Shown here in pieces: positions 11,795 through 23,855 of a DNA stretch of 56,258 nt. Below the pieces are notes generated by a model. The model ran no database searches. It was given only the letters and a program-made list of their open reading frames with translations, and had not been told where the DNA came from. Position 1 is the stretch's first letter. Each line of letters opens with the position of its first letter. The DNA comes from Dimargaris cristalligena (Eukaryota): the NCBI GenBank assembly GCA_003614675.1, contig ML002257.1, positions 1-56,258 of the forward strand, in the 5' to 3' direction. A program made the position numbers and the translations under genes.

Positions 11795-12988
11795 ATGGTA
11801 AGTTCTATAAAATTTGGGTTCATTTGGTAGCTCTTTTTATTTTCTACATGCTACCACTATTCAGCTCAGCTTAAACCTAACCCCTACGCCTACCCCTCTA
11901 TTATATATACCTAAACATACCTTTTTATTTTTTTCCTCGGGACTGTACATTAGTCTTATTTTCTACCTCACCTAACGAACGGTAAGTCTTTCGGTATTAT
12001 CCAATAACATGTTTGGCATTTGAAAGTGTTACCATTTCCGCTCCGCATTATCGAACAAACCAACAAACCCATGTATCATGTATAGTAAATACGGACAAAC
12101 ATGCTCGATATTCCGCAAACCATACAATAGTCTAAACCTAATCCGAGTTTTGTATTCTTGGCTATAATTTTCATTGCAATGGCCGATAAATTATAGGTTG
12201 GCAAGTTGACCAGGCCATTCTCAGCGAAGAGGATCGAGTAGTCGTTATCCGGTTTGGCCGGGACTGGGTAAGCTAATGTCCTTAAATCTCTAAACTTACC
12301 CTTTGTTTTTAATCGGTTGGGACTGTACACAGGTTGCCCAACGTATATTATTTATAGAGATGGGCTAGTCAATGACTTGTTCCGAGTCGTATATACTCAC
12401 GGTCCCTTATATCTTCTATAATAACCATAAGTTGCCTTGATCCAAAACCCGTTTTGCTTTATATTTCTTAGGAATCAACATGCATGTTGATGGACGAGAC
12501 CCTGTACAATGTCGCAGAAAAGACCAAGAATTTTGCAGTCTACTATCTGGTAAGTGGCAGGCTTCATTAATATTTCGCCGTTGGCCTATGCACTTATTAT
12601 TTAGTCCGGCTTAACCTATATCGCACGCTTCTATTGGGTTCTGTTAAATCTTTGGCATATCATTAATCTGGGACTTATTACGATACTTTTACAATTTTAT
12701 CACACGATGGGCCGCTTGTGTTTTTGCCATCACCCACAGGTGGATATCGATCAGGTTCCCGACTTCAACAACATGTACGAGCTGTACGACCCGTGTACCG
12801 TAATGTTCTTTTTCCGTAACAAGCACATCTTGGTTGACTTGGGAACCGGTAATAACAACAAGATTTCCTGGGCGATCACCAATAAGCAGGAAATGATCGA
12901 TTTGGTCGAGACAGTATACCGAGGGGCTCGCAAGGGCCGTGGTTTGGTCGTTTCGCCAAAGGATTACTCGACCAAGTACAAGTATTAG
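11795..12988 (+). CDS. DIB1: U5 snRNP protein Dib1/Dim1/TXNL4A
   Basis: Exons 11795-11797 (ATG only), 11954-11981, 12197-12267, 12472-12549 and 12740-12988. Reads MSYFLPHLTNGWQVDQAILSEEDRVVVIRFG...VPDFNNMYELYDPCTVMFFFRNKH...GRGLVVSPKDYSTKYKY. Confidence 0.97.
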
Positions 12989-13574
12989 AGGTTGGCTAAG
13001 TGGCAGATCTTCGCACTATCAGTCTTTCCCCTAAGTTTGGTGAATGAACTTTATTTTCTTTACATGTATAAACACTATTTTTGACTCTTCGACTGAACGG
13101 GGTATCGCTGAATGCCAAAAATTGGACATTTTTCGAAATCAGGCTGAGAGGGATATATGTTATCATTTCGGCCGTAAGGGTAGTTTGGAAGGATTAACCG
13201 CAGTCTCATCGTATCGCACCCAAGTTATAAAAATCCCCAACCAGGAATATATATTTAGGACATAAAAGCAGGTAGTTTAATTACATGGGGTTTTGTGGTA
13301 TAATGGGACCGGGTAACTTAGCAGGGACTAATGTAATTACGGTCAATAATTCAAAAGATAACTGCCGAAAAATTAGCGACATTGGCGGTGTATAGAATCT
13401 GATTAGGAAAATTGCCCACAAGTTTTGTGTAAAAAAACCATTAACTGATCCCCATCAACCGGTAAGGACAGTACGCGTGGTAGATCTCATTTACATTGAG
13501 GCAGTTGTATTATAGAGTGTATATAAATTCCCGCTCCCTTTGTCCTGACTGTACCCCGATTACTCCCATTAAGA

Positions 13575-16500
13575 TCAACCAAAGTACTTGGGCGCTAACT
13601 CATACAGCCACGCCGGATCGATAACCGTCACATTTTTCATGAATGTTTTGGTGGTTTCGATGGTCGACTCATAAATCACGTAGAGAGTCAGTGATTTGAA
13701 CAATACGGACGAGGGATGGATAAAAAGGGAAGGAATCGGGGCCGTTCTAGGGAGTGTGGTAGCCTGCGAGAGAGTCGCCACGGGCTCGAAACTGCCGTCC
13801 GGTAGCATTCGCGCCGAATGGGCAAAGTATCCCGCCGTGAGGCATTTCCGAATGATTTGGGGGTCGTTCGAGCTAGGTAGGGAATCAGGGACCGGTCGGG
13901 CAATTGTATCGGAGGATGGGGTACCCATAGCTGCGGGTGCGGGCGTGGCAATGGCCGTAGCCGTGGATGTTGAACGGGATTCTAAATAGGCCCCTTGGTA
14001 ATGCTTCACCAGTGCTTGCAGCTGCTTAATAATCGCATCCGCCTGAGTTAGAGCCTGGTAACTGATATAATGGCGCCGACACCAAAGCGGGCTACGCTGA
14101 TGAGCTACGTAGGCCCTGTAGACGTTCAGTAGCGTAATGGGGTCACCCTCTTTAACGGCAAACCGGCGGTGGGCCTGGCGGGCTTCGTCATGGTGGCCGG
14201 TGGGAAATTGCCATAGTGAGCTTCCGCCGTCACTGTTGGCGTCTGGGCTACTCTCCGATAACTGGAGCATCGCCGCAATAATAATTATTTCGGTGGTGCA
14301 GCCCAAGTCAAACCCGCTCCAAACGGCCCGACTCAACATGGGGTTCAGAGGAAGTTGCGCCATCGGCTGCCCCAAAGTGGGTGTAAGCCAGGCGTTATCG
14401 TCAATGGCCCCTAGCGCATACAATAAAGCCAGAGCCGCCGTGACATGGGCGATTGGTGGGCGACTGGGGAAAGGGAAGGCGCCGAGTTGGTCGATACCAA
14501 GGCCTTTGAGCTGCAGGAGGGCCGAGGCCAGGTTACAGCGTTGGATTTCGGGGGTCGTGAAGCCCGGGGTGAATTGGTTGAAAGTCGCATTGGTGTAGAG
14601 GCGGTAGGCCTTGCCCGGACCGGTTCGACCCGCCCGACCGGACCGTTGGATCGCGCTGGCCTGGGACAGGGGCACTACCCGGAGGATTTCGGCTTGCGTA
14701 TCGGGGTTGAAATAACGGAGTTTGGTGTACCCGCAATCAATGACGTACTTGATCCCTTCGATGGTAACCGACGTCTCCGCTAGATTCGTGGCCACGATAA
14801 CTTTCCGGGTGGCCCGGGGTGGTGGGTCAAAAATGCCCTGGAGCTGTTCCGCTGGAAGACCGGCGTACAGTGCCATCGGCCAGAGTTCCATACGACTTTG
14901 ATAGCTGGAATTGATGGATCAGGACAATTCAATTAGAAGATGGAGGGAAGAGAGTTAGAAAAGAATTCAAAATAAGCACCAGTAATATAATATCAAGGAC
15001 TGGTTGATGATAGGTGCTGTATAAATCAATTATTGACTGCTTATCAGAAACGATATGAAACCGCAAGGGCGTACTCTACTTACCTACTGGACTGCTCAGC
15101 AATCATATCCAGCACATCTTCGATTTCCCTACGGCCAGTCAAAAATACAAGAATATCGCCAGCAGGCTCCTAGTGATGGTCGAATACGACGATATAATAC
15201 CCAAAATTGAATGTCAATTAGCTACAGAGAATGAATTTTGTGCCTTTGCCATAACAATATTGTATGAAAATAGTAGGATATATTTAAATCGTATTATCGG
15301 GATACCGATATAATCCAAATGTGCATGGCAGGTCTCTGACCTTTTCGTGTATTTGCCGAATGACCTCGGCGGCCTTGTATAAATAATTGTCGCAGGATTC
15401 TTCAAGAAAGTGGATGTCAACCGGGTATTTCCGGCCTGTAATGTTTACAACGGCGACGTCCGATTTAGGACTAACCGCGGAACTTTTGGACGGAGCCTGG
15501 GAATCATGGTTAGAATCCGACGGGTCATCAGTGAAGTACTGATGAAAGAGCTGGGCATCCAGTGTGGCCGAAGCTACTATAATACGAAGTTCGGGCCTCT
15601 GTTTCCGTATCCTACGAGGTCATCAATTATAAATGTAGGTTTTAAAAATTTACAACCCCACCATACCACCAGGTTTAGAATCTTCTAGTTATTTGTCGGA
15701 ACATCTGATTAGCCAGTACACGGAATACCCATAAGAGGCTGTTCAAGATGGCCAAGTAGCCAAAATAAACCATTTAGGGATGCATGATGGTTTTATAACT
15801 TACTTTTTCAGCAGGCCTAGTAGTAGGTCCATGTGGACCGTTCGTTCATGGGCCTCATCGACCATAACAACACTATAGTCAGTAAGAAGAGGATCACTCA
15901 TAATTTCTCGGAACAGCATACCATCGGTAATATACTTAATTTGGAGGTGGTCAGACTGGCAACAGCTTTTGAATCGGACACTATAGCCGACCTATGATCA
16001 ATTTATATGTGACATACAATACGAGGCAGCCGTGTGGTATCATATGTTGAAATAATAGGGTGTTCATATAACTTAGCACATTCTTGACGGATTTCCCTGT
16101 ATAGAAAATGGACGAAGGCAGCACAGTCAAAAAATATACTATATACCAGATCACATAACTAACCTTTTCGCCCAGTACAGTATTCATCTCGCAGGCCACT
16201 CGCTCGGCCAGTGCCGTAGCCGCAAGCCGCCGAGGCTATTTACATTATTGCCGCATACAGTATACAAACATGGGTATTATTCCGAAAAGAAAAACATTCG
16301 AGGGGTTTAACTTGAACAATTGCGTGCAGTAAATATATAACAGTCCAGTGTAACCAAATTCAGTCTCCGAAAATCTAGTTAATTATACTCTCTTTTGACG
16401 TACCTGAACACAGGCAATTTTAAGACCATGGTCAGCCCAGTTGGACTCGACCAGGTATTGGGGCAACTCTATTAATTAAGATAAAGGGAATTCAGTATCC

Positions 16501-17083
16501 AATGCATCAGAATGGGTTATTGCAGGACTCGGATAGGTATTATTGCCTTGAGTTTCGGTAACCATAGTATAGCTATGAAGGTAGCGGTGAATCGGAAAGA
16601 CTAAGTCTGGATAGAACGGGGGAGTGGAACCTACGAGTGGATTTACCGCATCCGGTTTCACCTGTCAGAATCAATACGGGGTGCTGTTCAAGGAGATAAA
16701 GAATCTGTTTGCCTGAGGGGGTTTTACGCGATATATTAGAAGGGTAGACGCGAATGGGTTAGCAAATTCGAAGGAGCCCAAACAGCCCCATTTAATAAAT
16801 ATTTCATAGGCTAAAAAGGCTAGGTAGGGCCAATACCCGGAACCGCATTATAGTCGAACTCTCTGGCCAATGCCTTGTGGCAACCCACAGAGGCCCATTA
16901 CTCCAAAATGGGTGACTGGAGGGGCCAGTATGTGCACATTCAATCCGCCTGAAAATGACCATGTATCAACTTACGATGCTGGTAAATGGGAAGTTGTTGG
17001 CGCTGTTGGGGAATCGACAAGGTATAGGAAGGCCGGGCGGAACTCTGGCTTAAACCCACCACTTCGGCACTAGTCTCGTCCAT
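13575..17083 (-). CDS. DHX35: DEAH-box RNA helicase, DHX35-like
   Basis: Exons 17083-16975, 16712-16635, 16468-16404, 16235-16164, 15991-15804, 15611-15341, 15169-15084 and 14904-13575. Contains [52 protein letters not shown] and an HA2/OB-type tail. The start codon is uncertain. Confidence 0.82.
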
Positions 17084-20000
17084 CGGCAATTAGAATGTAT
17101 CGCAATGTAAATATAGTTTAAGGGAGTAGGATATGGGCGGTGGGGATCGGTGGGTGGTAGGGTGACAATGTGGTATCAGTGTTTAACAGGAAATGGACAC
17201 AGGCCCGAAGGGACGAACAGACAAGGCATTCGCTAAGAGGAACAAAATAGAAGCTTAATGGGAGAAGAGGTTAAAACGAAGGACCATGGAGTTATTAGGC
17301 CTCCCAATTGTAGGACCATGGAGACTGCTGGCCAGCATAGCCGACAGTTTAGTTTCAGAATCTAAAACACCTATCTAGTTTACTATCAACGATATTTACC
17401 GGGCAACTTGTAAGGTAAACATGGGAGTAACACTAAGTAGTGGAGTTTTCTATACCTCACTGTGCTGAAATTAATTGGTATTCAGTCTCAGCCCATGGTT
17501 CTGCATATCAATTGATTAGATCCAATGGCTGCCTTTAATATCATTACATATACCTTTATGACTATATTAGCAATTACTAAATATCAATTTTTAAACTATA
17601 CAGCTTTATTTTGTCCAAGCAGCTATTTAGGTTGTTATACCCAATATTCAGTAACCATTATACTGTAATAGCCCATCTGGCCAATAAAAGGGCCAGCATA
17701 ACAACTAGCAGAATGTAAAGACGCACCCTCATTGACTGTTTTCAAAACTAACAGCCCCCACCTCCCCATAGTTCTGGGAGGTACCCTCCCATACGATTAC
17801 GATGTAATATACCGCTTATACTCTATTCCATTAGACTCATCTTGGCACGCAACACTATAAAACTACATTTTACTGGTATTCACCTATATAGATATATTTA
17901 TTCATTGTGCTGGAATTACACTAAAAATTATACTATTACATAAGGGTTATATTGGCAAATGTCACAGGTTCAAGAATAGCATACTCCGTCGCATGATCTA
18001 CGTAATGGAATACCCATTAAAAGATATGTGTTAGCTGTTGGCAGCATGGTAAAGCTTTAAAATGCGCGTAAAAGGGCCCGACGGGGCTACTCCGTGTGCT
18101 CCTATTTAGGCCCCTATACCCCTATCGAAATTGGCGAGAATGGGCCAATGTACTTTAAAAAATCAACAGAGAGTGGTTCTTGAAAGAATATATCCGCTTT
18201 CTTGTCTAGAACAGTTTATTTCTAAGCCTTGGCGCCATTTATCAGGGGCCTATTCACATATTTGATTTGGCTATTGAACTTCTTTAGTAATTTTTTACGT
18301 AATTATTATCACAATAAATTGGTTATTTTAGGACCGTTTGCTTTAAAACTACTTAATGAGCTAAATAACCTGATTTTTTCGAGCCATGTATTAGGGCGGT
18401 ATCATATGCCTAGACGTACCATACGCTTGTAACATCGCTGTATTACTCTAATTGAACAATATTGGGCCACGCCATTTTTCCCATTGCAATACCCAATACC
18501 GTGATGGTTCTTTAGCAATCCCCGGCTGACTCTTAAAGGGATTTTCTACCCACCCATCACCACTATTGTGAAGACCCCTCTAAAAATATTACTACATAGA
18601 AAAACCAACCCATGTTATGGCCTGTTTATTCCTTTGCCTATACCTAAACTTCTAATCAAATAATAGTCTTATACACACACTCATATAGTACTACGTGTCC
18701 AGGAGTCCACGTTGATACTCCCTAGTGTCACCTTTTTGATGAGTCCTGGCTGAGACGACTCCTGCCGCTGAATAAGTTGGGAAATTCACCGCGTGGGTTC
18801 TGGTACTGTGCTAGCATGGTTATCCATGCCGACAACACTTATAAGATATATTAAAGTCAGCTCACTGTCCTGTGCTAAACTATTCCGCCTGATCTATACA
18901 CATCTCTATTGAATAGTTCAGATGACCAAACTCAGGCATTTGTGAGAATACACAAACGGCATGAGTGCTATATGTTAAATAGTGACAAAGGAAAATGTAC
19001 CACGTTGGAAACGTTCATAATAATATTCTACTCTTGCCTTTGGAGCTTTATCAATTGCAGTCAAGGGGATCGGCGATTCATCAGTCGATGTTTACCAATC
19101 TTGCATCCATTGCTATGGCCCCGGCCTCATGTCCGGTGGATAGTCCTGCCTGGCAGAAGCAACCAACATACCCTAGTGGGATTATGAAATGCCACGCGTC
19201 GAATACCGTGGAAAAATGGGAATGTGGGGGTAGGTGTGTACATGCGAATGTTTGAGTAAGAGTATAATAATTTAGTTGAGGATCTGCGGATGAAAGCTGG
19301 CGCTGAATGCTATTATCCCACATGTGTTATTATTATTATTATTTCAGAAAAAAGTAACATATAGATATAATAAAGTATATGATGCAATGTTAAACAATAA
19401 TCTATAAGCCATACTGCTGGCTGGGCCATCATTCCACAGTTCTACCAGGATTGTTTAGGGTACTCCCACTTAACCGCACGAGGTTGGCTCTCATGTGCGG
19501 CAAACATGTACACCTGGTGGGGAAGGTGAGAATTATCGCCCCATTCTTCCAACCGGGCGAGATTTCTCGGCAACGGAGCCCAACGCTAGTACGAATACTT
19601 AATGTGTATAGGAATCCCGATTGATCAGCTGGATCAAAGTTGCCTACCACTGGCTGTGGAATTCAGCCGACAATGCCGTCGCCGCCTTACTGCAGGCATC
19701 TCGAGTACTACAGGTCTACTAAGAATACCCCACCCAGGGTCGGAATACTTCCTATTTGATGCATGCTCCGTCGTGGGGGACTTGGGACCACATCAAAAGA
19801 CCAGACAACGATTGCACATGTACTACATTGTCTCCTGGATTTTGACTAGGTCTACGTATGCAAGACCACGGCAACCATTGCTGATGTATCTCCCACTGTG
19901 ATTGGTAGAAAATCTGAGCCCAAGTGGATTGGCGCTTCCAAAATAAGTAAATAACCAGGTTGGGAGTAATGTTTAAATGGCCTAGGGGTGCCGATTGTTA

Positions 20001-20456
20001 GGGCCGAGGACCCCATAGCGGGCTAGGGGATATGGCCCGACTAACACTAATATTGGCAAAGTGGTATGGGTTGGTGTCTAATACTGGGACACCGTTTTAA
20101 TAATCTTGGTTAATTACAACATGAGACGCTGTTGGAGATGCCACTATCCAAAAAAAAACGGGGGGTTGAGGGGATTTTTAATGCCAAGATGTATGGATGC
20201 GAAGTGGCCAGTTGGGCTCGAAATCAGATGTTTCATAGAGCGAACTCGTGGTAAGGTCTGAAAGACCCTGGTTTATTTTATTTATCCGGGATGGTGACCT
20301 TTGAGAGTAGTGAAATCACACAATAGCCTCTATGGCAAATACACGCGAGAAGGGGGAGACACAGATAAGATATGCCACTTAATACAACCACATCTATACT
20401 AGTGTGGGCACTGTTAACTGAATCCCCGGCCAATTGAATTACACCCGCCTCTATAT

Positions 20457-20592
20457 GGGTGAAATTCAAACCAGCTGTTTAAGGTTTTACATAATACATG
20501 TATGGTTGAATATATGTGAGAATGGCTTTTAACCAGTAATATTGGCCTCATCCAATGGATTTTTCATTATACCGCCTGAATGAACTTCTCCC
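20457..20592 (+). mobile_element. 136-bp MITE, copy B
   Basis: GGGTGAAATTCA...TGAACTTCTCCC. Flanked by ATAT at 20453-20456 and 20593-20596. Confidence 0.85.
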
Positions 20593-21307
20593 ATATTCAC
20601 ACAGACAGGCACCCTTTCTTAATCCCCCCCACCCTATTTCTTCTACCCTTACTTACTACACCCCCCCCCAACCCCTTAACCAGTGGCATCGGGTTTGGAT
20701 CGGTCGATTATTTCGATCTAGCCCTCTAAGGTTGATGATGATCACGTGGTAGTATAGGTTCCGATTGGTCACCACCCAAAATGGCAACCGAAACCGCTTT
20801 GAAGTGGGGAGACGGGGGAACGCAATGAATGAGAGGGATGAGGGGGGATAGGCATTCCACTCCACGACCCAGCATCAAAAGAATGCCATGATCAAAGATA
20901 GGTGCGACATATTTCAATGATATATTTATTACGGTCTGGGCGATTTAGGCCTGCTTGGCCATGTACCCCCGAGTATATTTTATGGCTAATATTCAAAAAA
21001 TCAGGCGATTTTACAGCGTTTACTGCTGCGTGAGGATATAGAGGGGGTGGAGGTTAGGAAGACAGGCAGATAGGTGGTCTATTAGGGGAAAGCACTGAGA
21101 CTTGTTGTCATGGGAAAGGGGGGAAGTACGTGGGCAGCGTAGTGTGGGTGATATCCGGGGATGGGGGGTGAGGGACGCCCCCCCTCTCTCAGTAACCCAG
21201 TGAAAGAGTAGTGGTAAGGTTCGGTTGGGTGTAGTGTACATACGGGGTTCGCTCTCTGCAGCCAAGGCGTGTAGTGCCTATTAGTAATTTTAGAGGGTAT
21301 GAATAAC

Positions 21308-21373
21308 AGGTCTAGTGGGTCTGGATAATAGGTCTAGTGGGTCTGGATAATAGGTCTAGTGGGTCTGAATAAT
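21308..21373 (+). repeat. 22-bp tandem repeat x3 (AGGTCTAGTGGGTCTGGATAAT)
   Basis: Units start at 21308, 21330 and 21352. The third has one substitution. Confidence 0.9.
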
Positions 21374-22260
21374 AAATAGGTGGGATCGAGAAAATATCAG
21401 AATCATCGCCGATCAGACTTGAATAGGAGCAGTAGTATAGATGAGGGACATGGTAAAATAGGGGGGGGGGGGTCTCCCCCCTCCCCACTCTTTTGAACAT
21501 ACTCCTTGAATCTCCGGCCTGGGCGACAGGTGGTCCATGTTTTAAAGGTAAGGGGAGGGGGTATCCTCCTCCGCTACTTGGCCCAGGTTCACTATTCCGG
21601 CAGAGTGTAGCCCGGGATTCTTCATAATGAAACCCGGGTGTGAATAAACCTAGAAATCGATAAAAGAAAGCCTTTAATCATCAAAATCCGGGCTTTAACA
21701 ACCCCTCCGTCCAAGTAATCCGCAATTGCCAATAACCAATATCAACCCTGGGTATTTTGAATAGTGTAATTCGGATTTGGGTATGATTAAGCAGTTGTTG
21801 GTGGTTTAGTCACCTAAATAGATAACAAGGTATAGCCCACCCGCCGTTAACTCATTTTTAGCGAAATTCACCCGTCCCCAGGCTGAAGCTGCGGAGAGAG
21901 TCCCCTTTCCCAAGGATTATTAGCACAGCAGGCCTGTGCGAAAAAAGCCTACACCTCTAAAAACAGGGCACGGACGCCGTCAGGGAAATAAGGGATCTGA
22001 TCGAAGAAATCGGGGGAATCGAGAGCCCTCTCCCCCTTCCTTCCCCATCGGACAGCTGGTGCAGTATGATGCTAGGGGACCACCTGTGGTTGGGCCAGCG
22101 GAGGATATCGAGATCATCGTCCCCTTTAACCCCAGGCGAAGTAATTTTTTTCAGGTGAAGTAGACCTTTTAACCTCAAGGGCGTAGCCTATGCGGCACAG
22201 GTGTGGAGTGCTTATTACCGGTTGGTAGACTTGACAATAATAACGGACTGGGGTTGATTT

Positions 22261-22396
22261 GGGTGAAATTCAACCCAGCTGTATAAAGTTTTACATAATA
22301 CGTGTATGTGAGAATATGTAGGAGAAAACATTTTAGCCAGTAATATCGGCCCCATCTAACGGATTTTTTGTTAAACAGCCTGGATGAACTTCTCCT
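22261..22396 (+). mobile_element. 136-bp MITE, copy C (more diverged)
   Basis: GGGTGAAATTCA...TGAACTTCTCCT. Same length as A and B. Flanked by ATTT at 22257-22260 and 22397-22400. Confidence 0.8.
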
Positions 22397-23202
22397 ATTT
22401 TAATTTATTTTGATTTGGAGGAAGCGCCATTAGTGTTACGAAGCATGGCTAGAGGTTTATTATCGGGTCGACGTGCATGGCTGAGATTCAATGTCCATGA
22501 GACGGTAATGTGGGTGTGCGTAATTCGAAGAGTCCTTCATAGTCGTCGGCATTATACCGAGTGGCCGAGCACAGCGCGACATTGGTAAGCTTGAGTCAGC
22601 CTCCCCGGTGTATCCCACGCCGAGCTTGCCGAGCCAGAGACTGCTCGGTGGGCCATTTTCCCAGTCCGAAAAAACCGTCTTCACCTGCGACAACCATGAC
22701 GAAGCCCTCTTTATCTAACACCTACGACTACCGAAAACTGACGTATTTAACCAGGGATTTTAGTCGGTCTAGGGCCAAAGCCAAAGCGTTTTCATAGCAG
22801 CCGGGGCTTTATACGGGGGCGACGACTGCATCTAGGCGTGGGAGGGTGGTATGGAGTATCCCCGTCTCTTTGCACCCCGTTATTAATGGGGTGAAGAACT
22901 CTCTCTCTCCCTCCCTCCCTCTTGATTGATTCCCCCTTTTTTCATCCGCCCGCCTATATATACTGGAATATTTGGCGCTCACTGGCTGAACTCGATTCGT
23001 CTTTTGCCTTTCCAACCGCTTGCGTATCAGGCTTTCTCTCTCTCTATTTTTATAGCCGCTTCTCGGTGGCGTCGGTTACTTTGTGCGCTTTAAATAGCGA
23101 CTGCTTTCGACTGGTCTCTTTTTACTATTACCCCCTTATTTCTTAACTGGTCCTCGCATATATTATACCTTCCACCCATCCACATTTCGTCGATTTATTC
23201 CC

Positions 23203-23207
<5 letters not shown>

Positions 23208-23235
<28 letters not shown>
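23208..23235 (+). repeat. (CT)n microsatellite in the pyrimidine-rich leader of the WC-2-like gene
   Basis: Directly visible dinucleotide run. Confidence 0.9.
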
Positions 23236-23324
23236 CTTCCTCTCTGATTCCCTTCCCATTTGTCTCCTAGTCCTGCAAACCCCAATCCCTCCTCTATTCT
23301 GACCGTCTATAACCCCTGCCCCAG

Positions 23325-23842
23325 GTAAGCCTCACCCCCATTGCCCTAATCCCTAAGGGACTGTCGATTCCTCCTCCTCGTATTCCTACCGGGTATTTTC
23401 AGGGTTAGGAGGCCCCTACTATTGACCCCTATTCGTCGGGTGTGTTTGTCCCGCTCGTCTTTCCATGTGTGAGTGTATGCTGACATAACTGCATATAGTA
23501 TGTATATGCGTACCTGCCTGGGCATGGCCCATATATATCCCCTTGGGTTCCTCATGCATTCTGGTTGGATTGGTGATATCGAAGGAATGGCACACAGTGT
23601 ACTGCGCCGGGTGACTGGAATGATTGGTTATCTTTCATCAAGATTCTCAATGCCATTTTTTAAACCTTCTTGTTACACTTGCCCATCACATACTCAGAGC
23701 CCTCCCCTACATTCTCTACACCTGGGCAATGTCACCTCATCCCCATCATCACTACTAACCATTCCCCAACTAACTGCTATTGCTGCATCTGAAATCACCC
23801 CAATCCGCACGGTCCATTATCACTCATCCACCCGCACTTTAG
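23325..23842 (+). other. Probable 5'-UTR intron of the WC-2-like gene
   Basis: CAG|GTAAGC donor at 23325, TACTAAC at 23753-23759, and TTTAG acceptor at 23842, 13 nt before the ATG. Confidence 0.6.
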
Positions 23843-23855
23843 ATCACCCTCCCAT

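Noticed and set aside
17280-17323. 12-bp direct repeat AGGACCATGGAG twice upstream of DHX35
   Set aside because: Only two short copies and no supporting structure.
21308-21373. CRISPR-like array
   Set aside because: Contiguous tandem units without spacers, eukaryotic context, and no cas genes.
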